This document shows positions 1 through 9,472 of a DNA stretch of 64,000 nucleotides, one piece after another (position 1 is the stretch's first letter; every line of letters begins with the position of its first letter). This DNA comes from Nanobdellati archaeon (lineage in GTDB: Archaea; EX4484-52; GLR71). The stretch is from positions 195,232 to 259,231 of the forward strand of contig JAHYJR010000001.1 in the NCBI GenBank assembly GCA_019429005.1, read 5' to 3'. The notes beneath the pieces are model-generated. The model worked only from the letters and a program-made list of their open reading frames with translations, made no database searches and had not been told where the DNA came from. The position numbers and the translations under genes are program-made.

Positions 1-274
1 ACTAACAATAATACTCTTTTTGGTATACCTAAGATTGATTCATTTATGGCACGAATAGATCTTGAGTAATTGTGTGTTATAGATTACATTTTGCATTTTG
101 ATTTAGGATTTATAATTCTGTGTATGTTATGTACAAACGAATATTTCAATTATTTCTAAGTTATATTAATTCTTAAAAATAAAATTAACAGTTAGATTAA
201 TACTTAAATTAATAATTTATCGTTAAATTAATAGTAACTATTTAACATTTTAATGTGAATATAGGTATTATACG

Positions 275-1612
275 ATGTGTGTGATTATTATGTCTTCTCA
301 ACAATTAAAAAAAATTCTTGATGATTTGAAAATAGTTATCGGTTCAAAAATCGTTGTTAAAACAAAAGATACTATTTATGAAGGTATTCTTATGCCTCGT
401 TCTGAGCTTTCAGATCAAAACACAATTGTTATGAAACTTGATAATGGATATAATGTAGGGATTCTGTATACTAAAGATGTTTCAATACAAGCCTCTAAAA
501 CCAAAGCTATTGTGAGAACTTTAGGTAAACAGAAACAAGTAAATCAGAAATTCGATCCCAAAAAACCAAAGATTTCTCTTGTATCAACAGGGGGCACAAT
601 ATCTGCGCGTGTTGATTATAAGACGGGTGGTGTTTATTTCCTGATGGACCCTGAAGAAATTCTTTCAGGTGTACCCGAACTTAAAGATATAATTAATCTT
701 GACAGTATAAAAAGTCCTTTTAAGGTAGGTAGTGAAGATATGTCACCAAAGGATTATATAGTTCTTGCAAAAACCATAGCAAAAGAGCTAAATTCTGGTG
801 CAGATGGTGTTATTGTAACACATGGTACTGATACACTTCATTATACGAGTGCTGCATTATCTTTTATGCTTAGGGATCTTTCAAAACCCGTCGCTCTTGT
901 TGGTGCTCAAAAATCCTCAGATCGAAGTAGTTTTGATGGTGCAATTAATCTAATCTGTGCTGCACGGTATGTTGCAAGTGATATGGCTGGTGTTGCTGTT
1001 GTTATGCATGGTAGTCTTAATGATGATTATTGTCTTGTAACGCCCGGTACTAAAGTTCGTAAGATGCATACTTCAAGACGTGATGCATTTAGGCCTATAA
1101 ATGCATTGCCTATTGCAAAAATTTGGCATGATGGTAAATGTGAGATAATTGATAAGGCTTATAAGAAAAAGTCAGATTCAAAAGTTACGCTTGATGCAAA
1201 GTTTGAGGATAAAGTTGCGATTGTGCATACCTATCCTGGTGCGAAAACGGACATTTTAGATTTTTATGTTGCTAATAGGTATAAAGGTATTGTGATTGGT
1301 GCAACTGCTTTAGGTCATGTGCCTTCATCATGGCTATCTTCATTAAAAAAAATGATTGATGCTGGTATTTCTGTTGTTATTGCGTCTCAGACTTTATATG
1401 GTAGTACACATCCTCATGTATATAGACAGCTTATTGAATTGGATAATATTGGTGTTATTTTTGTTAAGGATATGCTTCCAGAAGTTGCTTATATAAAATT
1501 AGGATGGGTTCTTGCACATGTTACAAAATCTGATGATGTTAAAAAGATGATGCTTGAAAATTATGCAGGTGAATTTACAACGTGTTTAACGCTTAATATG
1601 TTCCTTTATTAA
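275..1612 (+). CDS. gatD: Glutamyl-tRNA(Gln) amidotransferase subunit D (asparaginase-like domain)
   Basis: 445 aa. Asparaginase-type motifs TGGTIS and HGTDT; length and domain order typical of archaeal GatD. Alternative start at 290 (MSSQQ...). Confidence 0.88.
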   Translation: MCVIIMSSQQLKKILDDLKIVIGSKIVVKTKDTIYEGILMPRSELSDQNTIVMKLDNGYNVGILYTKDVSIQASKTKAIVRTLGKQKQVNQKFDPKKPKISLVSTGGTISARVDYKTGGVYFLMDPEEILSGVPELKDIINLDSIKSPFKVGSEDMSPKDYIVLAKTIAKELNSGADGVIVTHGTDTLHYTSAALSFMLRDLSKPVALVGAQKSSDRSSFDGAINLICAARYVASDMAGVAVVMHGSLNDDYCLVTPGTKVRKMHTSRRDAFRPINALPIAKIWHDGKCEIIDKAYKKKSDSKVTLDAKFEDKVAIVHTYPGAKTDILDFYVANRYKGIVIGATALGHVPSSWLSSLKKMIDAGISVVIASQTLYGSTHPHVYRQLIELDNIGVIFVKDMLPEVAYIKLGWVLAHVTKSDDVKKMMLENYAGEFTTCLTLNMFLY

Positions 1613-1635
1613 GATTTATGTTAATATTATAACAA

Positions 1636-1651
1636 TGTGTCATATGACACA
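1636..1651. promoter_or_regulatory. Perfect 16-bp palindrome TGTGTCATATGACACA, 12 bp upstream of the HD-like gene start
   Basis: Seen directly in the sequence. A near-identical palindrome TTGTGTCATTTGACACAA recurs at 39805-39822. Confidence 0.4.
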
Positions 1652-1662
1652 AAGGTGATTAT

Positions 1663-2250
1663 ATGATTGATAATGCAATAGAAAATACGCAAATATTTGT
1701 GTCTAAAAAGATGGGTCAAGACCCACTTTTTGGGTATCTTCATGCTGAGCGGGTTCGTATGAATGCACTTAAGCTTGCTGAAACGTTAGGTGGTAATAAA
1801 CAAATTGTTCAGATTGCAGCACTTTTTGATGATATATCTTTTAATAAAAATAATGTTGAGACTCATGCTATTGAAAGTGCCAATATCGCTAAGACATTTC
1901 TTGAACACGAACTTAAATTTCCAACCGTTAAAATTAATGCAATCTTGAATATAATAAAAAAACATGAGCGACGTGTGTGGTCTGAGGATTTTAAACCTGA
2001 AACTCTTGAAGAAAAAATTGTATTTGATGCTGAAGTGATGGAACGTGTGTCTGCACTTGGTTTTGTCAAATTTATACATACTGCTGGTACTCTTAATTTT
2101 AATAGTCGGGAATTGATAAATCTGCTTAATGATTTTATTGAAAATAATTATTCAGCTATATTTTTTGACGAGACTAAGAAACATCTTGAATGGGATTATA
2201 GGCTTGTTGGTACAATGCTTAAGAATATTAAGACTGAATGTGAATTTTAA
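1663..2250 (+). CDS. HD-domain-like hypothetical protein (putative phosphohydrolase fold; the HD dyad appears as F-D-D)
   Basis: 195 aa. Has H..R and AALFDDI motifs resembling an HD domain, but the canonical HD is replaced by DD. Sits between gatD and gatE. Confidence 0.4.
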   Translation: MIDNAIENTQIFVSKKMGQDPLFGYLHAERVRMNALKLAETLGGNKQIVQIAALFDDISFNKNNVETHAIESANIAKTFLEHELKFPTVKINAILNIIKKHERRVWSEDFKPETLEEKIVFDAEVMERVSALGFVKFIHTAGTLNFNSRELINLLNDFIENNYSAIFFDETKKHLEWDYRLVGTMLKNIKTECEF

Positions 2251-2265
2251 GTTATTGGTGTATAT

Positions 2266-4140
2266 ATGGTATCTCACGATTATAAAAAACTAAATTTCAA
2301 ATGTGGTTTGGAATTTCATCAAGCTCTTGATACTGGAAAATTATTTTGTTCTTGTTCAAGTAAACTTTCTGAAGAATTGTTTGTTACTTCAGTTGAGCGT
2401 CGTCTTAGGCCTGTTGCTGGTGAAACAGGAAATGTGGATCCTGCAGTTCTTTTTGAATCCTTTAGGGACCGATCTTTTGTTTATAATATATATGCAGGTG
2501 AATCTTGTCTTGTTGAGTTGGATTGTGAACCTCCGCACCCCGTAAACGCATTGGCTTTCGATGTTTCACTTAAGATTGCTTTGATGCTTAATCTTGATAT
2601 ACCTCATGAAATATTTTTTATGCGTAAGACTGTTAATGATGGTTCAGCAACATCTGGATTTCAAAGAACTGCTTTAATAGGTACTGGTAATATGAATTCA
2701 ATAATAAAAAGTTCATTTGGTGATGTGCATATAGAAAATATGAGTCTTGAAGAGGATGCTTCAAAAATAGAAAAACGTGAAGGTGCTAAGGTTTATTATT
2801 CTTTAAGTCGTTTGGGTATACCTCTTGTTGAAATAGGTACTGCACCTGAGATAAAAACACCTGAACATGCTTTAGATATTGCAAAAATTATAGGTACTTT
2901 TTTGAGATCTTTTAATGAAATTAAACGTGGTATTGGGACTATACGTCAAGATGTGAATATCTCAATCGCTGGTGGTGAACGGATTGAAGTTAAAGGTTGG
3001 CAAGATTTAAATAAATTACCGCGTTTGATTGAGAATGAAGTTTCAAGACAAATTTTTTTAATTGAATTTAAGAATTATTTGGTCGAGAAAAACTTCACTG
3101 AACTAAAAACGAATTCAGTGTGTGATGTGACTGATATATTCAAGACTTCAAAATCTAAATTAGTATCTCGGATGTTATCTGGTGATTCTGTTGTTCTCTC
3201 TCTTAAACTTGAAAACTTCAGTGAACAATTAAAACGTGATGTCTGTGTTGGTAAGACTTTTGGTAAGGAATTAGCTGAGTATGCTATGGCTTATGGTGTT
3301 AAGGGTATGATCCACAGTGATGAAGATCTTTCAAAATATGGTCTTGAAACTGAATTCAAAACACTTTCAAAATATCTTGACGCGAAAAAGAATGATCTTG
3401 TTTTAATTATAATTGAATCTGAATCTGTTGCAAAAAAAGCGATAAATTCTGTAATAGATCGTATTAATTATTGTCTTGTTGGTGTTCCTAAAGAGACTAG
3501 GGTACCAAATCATGTGCTTGCAACGACTAGTTATGCAAGACCCTTACCTGGTTCAGATCGTATGTATCCTGAAACTGATGTCGCATCTATTGTTATTGAT
3601 TCAATTACACTTAACAAAATTTCAAAAATGCTTCCCGAAACTCTTGATGCTAAACGGCAGCGTTTTGAGGCTAATTTAGGTATTAATGTAGAATTAGTGA
3701 ATGCGTTAATATCTTCTAAATATTTGTATCTTTTTGACATTTTATCTTCAAAATATGCACCTGTTGCAAAAGAAATTGCAAACTGTTTTGTGAATACTCT
3801 TTTTGATTTAAAATCTCGTGAAAATCTTGATATTGCTTTATTGGATGATATCTTTTTTGATGAGCTTTTTAGTCTTTTGATAAAACAAAAAATTAAAAAA
3901 GCAATAATTCCTTATATCTTGTCTGAAAAGATAAAAACACCTAATAAAACCATTTTAGATATATTAAGTGGTGTCGAAACAGTCTCTGATGTGGAAGTAC
4001 TATCTGTAATCAAAAAGTTGATTTCAGAAAACAAAGATGTATCAAAAAATGCGATAATGGGTATGGTTATGGCTAAGCTTCGTGGCAAAGTTGATGGAAA
4101 AGTTGTTTCTGATTTGGTTTTGAAACAATTTCAAAACTAA
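2266..4140 (+). CDS. gatE: Glutamyl-tRNA(Gln) amidotransferase subunit E
   Basis: 624 aa. N-terminus MVSHDYKKLNFKCGLEFHQ..L.TG.KLFC.C is the characteristic GatE start; length matches. GatB/YqeY-like C-terminal region. Confidence 0.88.
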   Translation: MVSHDYKKLNFKCGLEFHQALDTGKLFCSCSSKLSEELFVTSVERRLRPVAGETGNVDPAVLFESFRDRSFVYNIYAGESCLVELDCEPPHPVNALAFDVSLKIALMLNLDIPHEIFFMRKTVNDGSATSGFQRTALIGTGNMNSIIKSSFGDVHIENMSLEEDASKIEKREGAKVYYSLSRLGIPLVEIGTAPEIKTPEHALDIAKIIGTFLRSFNEIKRGIGTIRQDVNISIAGGERIEVKGWQDLNKLPRLIENEVSRQIFLIEFKNYLVEKNFTELKTNSVCDVTDIFKTSKSKLVSRMLSGDSVVLSLKLENFSEQLKRDVCVGKTFGKELAEYAMAYGVKGMIHSDEDLSKYGLETEFKTLSKYLDAKKNDLVLIIIESESVAKKAINSVIDRINYCLVGVPKETRVPNHVLATTSYARPLPGSDRMYPETDVASIVIDSITLNKISKMLPETLDAKRQRFEANLGINVELVNALISSKYLYLFDILSSKYAPVAKEIANCFVNTLFDLKSRENLDIALLDDIFFDELFSLLIKQKIKKAIIPYILSEKIKTPNKTILDILSGVETVSDVEVLSVIKKLISENKDVSKNAIMGMVMAKLRGKVDGKVVSDLVLKQFQN

Positions 4141-4200
4141 TTTAATTTTATATTGATATTTTTTAAAATAAGAACTATACTATAAAAAGGATAATTTAAC

Positions 4201-5373
4201 TTAGAAATTTAAACAGTTAAATTCTGTTTTCAAATCTTTTATTTTTTGATTTAATACTGTGTCTGTTATGTCTTGACTGTACTTGATTATTTCCGTAATC
4301 TTTTTATTGAATTCTTTAATAATCTGGGTTATTGGATGTTCTGCATATGTTTCTGTTTTGGTTGTTTTTGGTTCTAAATATGTGGGTTTTTGTGTTTCTT
4401 GTTCTTCTTCATCTTCGTTTGTATTTTTGATTGTATATAGTTCTTCGTCATCGATTCGGTTAGTACCTATTCTATGTGCATTTTGTGTATTTGATGTTTT
4501 TGGGTCCTTATAGTGTATTTTTGGATGTGTGTCTGTTGTTGTAGTATTTATGTCTGTTATATATTCTGTATTTATATTTGTTTCTGGATTTTTAATCGCA
4601 TTATATAGGTCTTCAGCATAAGTGTTTGTAAATTTATTTTTATATTTTGTAATTGTAGTTTTAAAATCTTTTACAGATCTGATTGTGTCATTAAAACGTT
4701 TTCGTCCAAGGTTTATATTACCCTCTCCGATTATATCATATAGGCTTTTTACAACCGTTTCATATTTTTCATAAAGTGTATTTGTTATGTTGTGTTTATT
4801 GTTTGCTTTTTGCACTATTGTTGCATCACCTTCTGCAATAAGTTTATTGAATTTTTTATCTATGTATGGGAGTATGTCTGCTTGTTGAGCATGTACTAAT
4901 TCGTGTGTTTTTACAGAGTCTTTATATTTTGTATCTGTTATTGAGGGGTCTAAGTATATTGAGATATGATCTGGTTTTATTTCAGTACCATTTAGTTTAT
5001 ATTTAATCTCTGTAAGACCTACTGTATTTGATGGCAATCTTGCAATTGTGTAATCTAATTCTGTAACGTCATATTTATGTTCTTTTGGTGTGTGTTTTAA
5101 TGTTTTTAGGTATCTTTCAGCTAAGTCAAATATATTATAATCTGGTTTGTTTGTTGTTGTATATTGTTTTAATATCTCTGTATTGTATTCGGGTTGTGTG
5201 TCTGTAATATATTTAGGTTGTATGTCTGTGATGTATTTTGGTTTTGTGTCTATTAAATATGGTGCTTGTTTGTTTGATATACCTAAATCTATTGTGTGTG
5301 TATCTGTTTTGTATTGTATTTGGGGAGCTACTATATATGCTGATTTCAAATCACTTAAATACATAAATAACAC
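4201..5373 (-). CDS. Thr/Asn/Lys-rich hypothetical protein with an HExxH-x19-E (gluzincin-like) motif; possible Zn metallopeptidase
   Basis: 390 aa. THELVHAQQ...(19 aa)...AEGDAT has the spacing of thermolysin-type zincins. Internal short repeats KYITDIQP/KYITDTQP. No recognisable signal peptide. Confidence 0.4.
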   Translation of the reverse strand: MLFMYLSDLKSAYIVAPQIQYKTDTHTIDLGISNKQAPYLIDTKPKYITDIQPKYITDTQPEYNTEILKQYTTTNKPDYNIFDLAERYLKTLKHTPKEHKYDVTELDYTIARLPSNTVGLTEIKYKLNGTEIKPDHISIYLDPSITDTKYKDSVKTHELVHAQQADILPYIDKKFNKLIAEGDATIVQKANNKHNITNTLYEKYETVVKSLYDIIGEGNINLGRKRFNDTIRSVKDFKTTITKYKNKFTNTYAEDLYNAIKNPETNINTEYITDINTTTTDTHPKIHYKDPKTSNTQNAHRIGTNRIDDEELYTIKNTNEDEEEQETQKPTYLEPKTTKTETYAEHPITQIIKEFNKKITEIIKYSQDITDTVLNQKIKDLKTEFNCLNF

Positions 5374-5570
5374 CTGATTTTTGTTAAAGTTAAAATTAGT
5401 TATATATATTTCATATTTATTTAATTTTATAAATATTTGTTAAATATTTGTGCTAACTCTCACAAAAATATGCTAGTTTTTAGGGTATTTTTTAACAGAT
5501 TAGCACGCTTGCTAACGTTTTATATCTAATACTGTATTTTTATTATTTTTTTGTCTGTTTTTTTATTTGT

Positions 5571-6623
5571 GTGAGACCAAACCTTTATTTAAACTGCGTT
5601 CTAAGATTATGTATGGTATTTAAGCATCTTGTCTTTTGGATTTCAGGAATTTTTGGAACTTCAAGGCCTGTGGTATACAAGGATGAGCTTGATGCTATTG
5701 TTGAAACTGTTGTGGGTGGGTTTTCAAAGATTAATTTACGTATTTCTCAAAGTGATAATGAACTTAGTCTTTTGAGACAATCTGTGCTTCAGACACAACA
5801 AATACCAATTAGTGTGAATCTTCCTCAATTAGATAGCCTTATTATGGGTTATTCTACGATTTCAGAACGTGTTCATGTTGTTGAGTCTAATAAAGATGTT
5901 ATTAGTAATAAATTATTTATTTTAGAATCGACGCTCTCGTCTCGTATTGATTCTATTGTGTCTCAAAAACTAGAATCTATGGGCTCTAGTACCATTTCCG
6001 GTTCTTTAACAACACCTCAAATACTTGAATCTTTGCGTGCTCTAGAATCTTCTGTAAATCATATTAAATCTGAGTTAGTTACACGTTCAACTGTTGAATC
6101 TAACAACGTTACAACACCTAACAACAACGTTACAACAGCAAATAACAATGTTACAACACCTAACAACAACGTTACAACACCTAATAACAACGTTACAACA
6201 CCTAATAACAATGTTACAACACCTAATAAGAACGTTACAACAGCAAATATGTCGTTTGATGATGATTTGACTGCACAAGACGATGTTTATGGGGGTTCCG
6301 TTGACTTTGGTCAGGGTGTACAAAACGTGTCTGGGCCAAAAGCTTTTGGTTTTAAACCTACTCGTACGGTTGTCACTTCGCGTAATATGAATAAAGTACT
6401 TGTTTCATCCTTAATACCTGTTTTTAATGAGCTTTTAAATGCTGAGAAATTTTTATCTTACTCTGAATTGTCTAAACGTCTAAATAAAAAAGAAGCAACG
6501 GCAAGAGCTTATGTTAATGCTTTGAAAACTTATGGTGTTTCTATTGATGAACAGACTGTTTCTAACGGGCGTAAGCTTGTAAGGCTTGCAAAGGATGTTG
6601 TGCGTAAATATCTTATTCCTTAA
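5571..6623 (+). CDS. Hypothetical repeat protein: coiled-coil N-region, 7 x NVTTPNNN tandem repeats, basic C-terminal domain
   Basis: 350-aa ORF, true start uncertain. Seven perfect or near-perfect 24-nt repeats at about 6102-6250. C-terminal 60 aa are helical and basic, possibly DNA-binding. Confidence 0.5.
   Translation: MRPNLYLNCVLRLCMVFKHLVFWISGIFGTSRPVVYKDELDAIVETVVGGFSKINLRISQSDNELSLLRQSVLQTQQIPISVNLPQLDSLIMGYSTISERVHVVESNKDVISNKLFILESTLSSRIDSIVSQKLESMGSSTISGSLTTPQILESLRALESSVNHIKSELVTRSTVESNNVTTPNNNVTTANNNVTTPNNNVTTPNNNVTTPNNNVTTPNKNVTTANMSFDDDLTAQDDVYGGSVDFGQGVQNVSGPKAFGFKPTRTVVTSRNMNKVLVSSLIPVFNELLNAEKFLSYSELSKRLNKKEATARAYVNALKTYGVSIDEQTVSNGRKLVRLAKDVVRKYLIP
6102..6250 (+). repeat. 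24-nt tandem repeat, 7 copies (aacaacgttacaacacctaat and variants) inside the coding region
   Basis: Seen directly in the sequence. Encodes (N)NVTTP/ANN repeats. Confidence 0.9.
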
Positions 6624-6642
6624 GATGTAATTCTTTATAGTT

Positions 6643-6775
6643 CCTGCTGTTATAACAGCAGGTTGTTATTCAATAACATTGTTATAACATTGTTATAACA
6701 CTATTTAATCAATATCTATAGTCTTATTTAATTATCTATACTGTTATAACACAGAATAACATTGTTATAACAGCT
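6643..6775. repeat. Array of GTTATAACA sites (5 exact plus 1 variant), beginning with a perfect 20-bp palindrome CCTGCTGTTATAACAGCAGG
   Basis: Seen directly in the sequence. The palindrome lies 20 bp after the stop of the repeat-protein gene; further copies fall within 130 bp. Confidence 0.6.
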
Positions 6776-8485
6776 ATAGAGACTACTGTTTTATATATCT
6801 TTCAACGTGTTTTTCATTAGTTAGGGGTTTATTAGTCACTGAAGCTTCATTGAACTTTTTTTTGAATTCACTGAAACTTCACTGCACTATAAAACTAAAA
6901 TATGTTTTTTGTGTGTGGGTGTTTTTATCGTTTTATAATCTTTTTGTTTTGCGTTTCCCTCTATTTCTATTGTTTTTTTCTGTTTTTTTGATCTGTTAGA
7001 ATCTTTGGGTTTGTGTATGTGTGTGTGTGTATGTGTTTGGATTTTGTTATTTGTGTTATTTTGGGTGGTGTCTATTAGTCTATGTTCTGTTATAATTTTC
7101 TACAAAAATAACCACTTTTTGTGAGGGTTAAACTTTTGTTTATTTATGTTGTTTGAATTTAGCTTTCTTATGGTCTTTATTGGCTCTTTTAGGTCTCCGT
7201 TTGTCTCGATTGTGGCATTTATTTTGTTTAACTCTATATTATTTAGTATTTCTTTGTCTTTTGCCCCCCCCCTTTAGTATTCTCATTTGATTTCGTTTAT
7301 TTTTCATTTAGATTTCAGGATCTTTTGTTTTCATTTTTTTTTGTCTATTTTTTTCAATTACTATCAATTTTCAGAATATTTGTTTTTATCTCTATTTTTG
7401 GCTTTTTTTTGTTATAACTCTCACATTTATATCTTATTTTATCCTAATTTGGGTTTATTTCCTGTTTTTATCTAATTTAAGCCTTTATCTGTAATCTAAA
7501 TCTATCTCTATTGTTGTATTTTCGTTGTGTTTAAGTCTTTTTAGAAAAAAATAGTTACTTTTGTTCCTTAGTTATCCTTTAGTCTGACACATCTTAACGT
7601 TTATCATGTATATCTTAGCGTTTAGTACTTTGTTTTTGTATTCCTGGTATCTGTCTCTTATTGTTCTGCGTTTCTATTATATCTCTTGAATTCTGCTCTA
7701 TATAGTACGTATTTTTTAATCGTATTATATTGCTATATTTACTGTATTTACTCTATATTGCTAGTGGTTTTTATGCTCTTTTTATTGTTTATTTTTGTAT
7801 CCTTATTTAATCTTGCTAGCACACTCTTTGGGGGTATATTTGTTTAACACAGATTTTTTATTTTACTATTTTTTTATTTTGCAGACTTTATTCACACATT
7901 TCACATTTTATTTAAATAGCTTCTGAATCTCTTTCAAATTAGACCTTAACTCTCACATTTAGTGGCTCATTTTATTTGTCTTTCTTTTTGAATTTGGGGT
8001 TTTTAAGTGTTTATTGTGCTGTTTTAACGCACTTTATACTATTTAGATTTTATTGTATTCTGCTGGTTTTTTAAAATGCTTTATATCTTTATAACACACC
8101 CGTTTTTAGGTTTTTTCCTTTCAAATGTGTATATGCCTACTGTTAAGCTCTATTTCTGTTAAATTAGATCTTGTCCTATTATATTTAGATTGTCTTATAG
8201 TTTCATAGTTTTGATATATCTTTTAAATACTACATATTATAAAACTCAATTTATACCAATAGACAAGCATATCTTTATATTGCTATATCACTAAATAAAT
8301 GGTTGTTTTATTGTCTATTGTGCTTAATAATACAGCTTATTTGGAGACAATAGCCCAAAATATGCAATCTTAGGCAAGAACTTAGTTATTTTGGCCTTTT
8401 CACGGCACAAAAATTCACAATTTTTTCATATTAGGTTTCTTTTAACTCTCTCTTTTTTTATTTTTTAAAATTCAGAACTTAGGCA

Positions 8486-8893
8486 CTAGGGTGTATCAGA
8501 TTCTGTATTATAGTTATATTTCTTTGCGCTAAACGCTTTTACTGCAAGCACTATGCTTTCAAAGAAACGTTCACATCTGTTTGATAGTTTATAATAATCA
8601 CGTTCTTTTGTTTCTATTAGACCTATGCCAATAAGTTTGTTTATCATGCTGTAATATGTTGTTTTGGATATATTGTGTTCCTTACAATATATATCCCAAT
8701 TGGACCTATCAAAAACACCATTATTACCTTTTTGTCTTAGTTCTTTTAGGAATGTATAGGCATGATCTGGCAGCATTACATTTTTTGAACCTCTATATAA
8801 CAGGCTCATAAGGCTTTCAAAATCAGGGGTTTCAAGCGGTTTTACAGATATTGTCGTGTGGTATCTTCTAGGTTTTTTTGTATCCATAATCAA
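8486..8893 (-). CDS. Small putative DNA-binding protein (winged-helix-like)
   Basis: 135 aa. The segment ISKTTYYSMINKLIGIGLIETKERDYYKLS resembles an HTH recognition helix plus wing. A TTAGGCACTA array lies upstream. Confidence 0.4.
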   Translation of the reverse strand: MIMDTKKPRRYHTTISVKPLETPDFESLMSLLYRGSKNVMLPDHAYTFLKELRQKGNNGVFDRSNWDIYCKEHNISKTTYYSMINKLIGIGLIETKERDYYKLSNRCERFFESIVLAVKAFSAKKYNYNTESDTP

Positions 8894-9223
8894 TCACATT
8901 GATTTTTTGTTTTTTCTTGTTTTTATGTATTCCTATATTATGTAGAATGGATTGGTTTTATTTTTGTCTAGAAAAAATACACCATTCTGATATGTATCTG
9001 AATACACAACACTCGTACAAAACCCCCTTGATTACTAGCCTAAACATGGCAAAAATAGCGAAGCTAGTATGTTTAGTTTAGTTATATTAGAATAATGTAG
9101 TGTTACTAAGGTATATACAAATAAAAGTATAATGATATAGTAAGATATTTTATATCTTATATATTAGACTATCTAAATACATATATATCTATATTACAAT
9201 GTATATACTGTACAATGTATAAG

Positions 9224-9391
9224 TTAGGCACCAATATTGTTTTTGTTAGGCACTAAAAAGTAGGGTTGTTAGGCACTATTTTTGTTTTTTTAGGTTATAA
9301 AATTCATTTAGATAATACGTATTTTTGTATGCTATCTGTAATTTAATGTGTATTGTTTATGTATGTTTGAATAATATGTAGTTAGGCACTA
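9224..9391. promoter_or_regulatory. Cluster of four TTAGGCACTA/TTAGGCACCA sites (9224, 9246, 9269, 9382) between two wHTH genes
   Basis: Exact 10-mer repeats spaced 22-23 bp. Further copies at 8479 and 16266. An exact 10-mer is expected about 0.1 times in this window by chance. Confidence 0.45.
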
Positions 9392-9472
9392 GACAGGTTC
9401 TTATTTAGCCCTTTTAATCAAAATTTAAGAAAAAACAGACTTTTTAGGCTAAAAATAAACAAAAAAACGATA

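Noticed and set aside
1-66. Possible 3' end of an upstream plus-strand gene (...TLFGIPKIDSFMARIDLE*)
   Set aside because: Only 22 codons are visible, which is insufficient to call.
1786-2545. Antisense or shadow ORFs from the track (1786-2079, 1863-2069, 2303-2545, 3476-3740 and similar ones inside other genes)
   Set aside because: They lie entirely inside strongly supported genes on the other strand or frame. Their low-complexity composition is typical of AT-rich shadow ORFs.
6087-6323. 78-aa Cys-rich minus-strand ORF
   Set aside because: It is the reverse-complement reading of the 24-nt tandem repeat, i.e. a repeat artefact.
7287-7475. 62-aa ORF within the T-rich region
   Set aside because: Poly-F/L/I translation of a T-rich tract, with no start context and no coding signal.
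6630-9470. Possible CRISPR array in the repeat-rich non-coding regions
   Set aside because: The repeats are short (9-11 bp), irregularly spaced and partly palindromic. No 25-40-bp repeat/spacer periodicity is present, and no cas genes are in the window.
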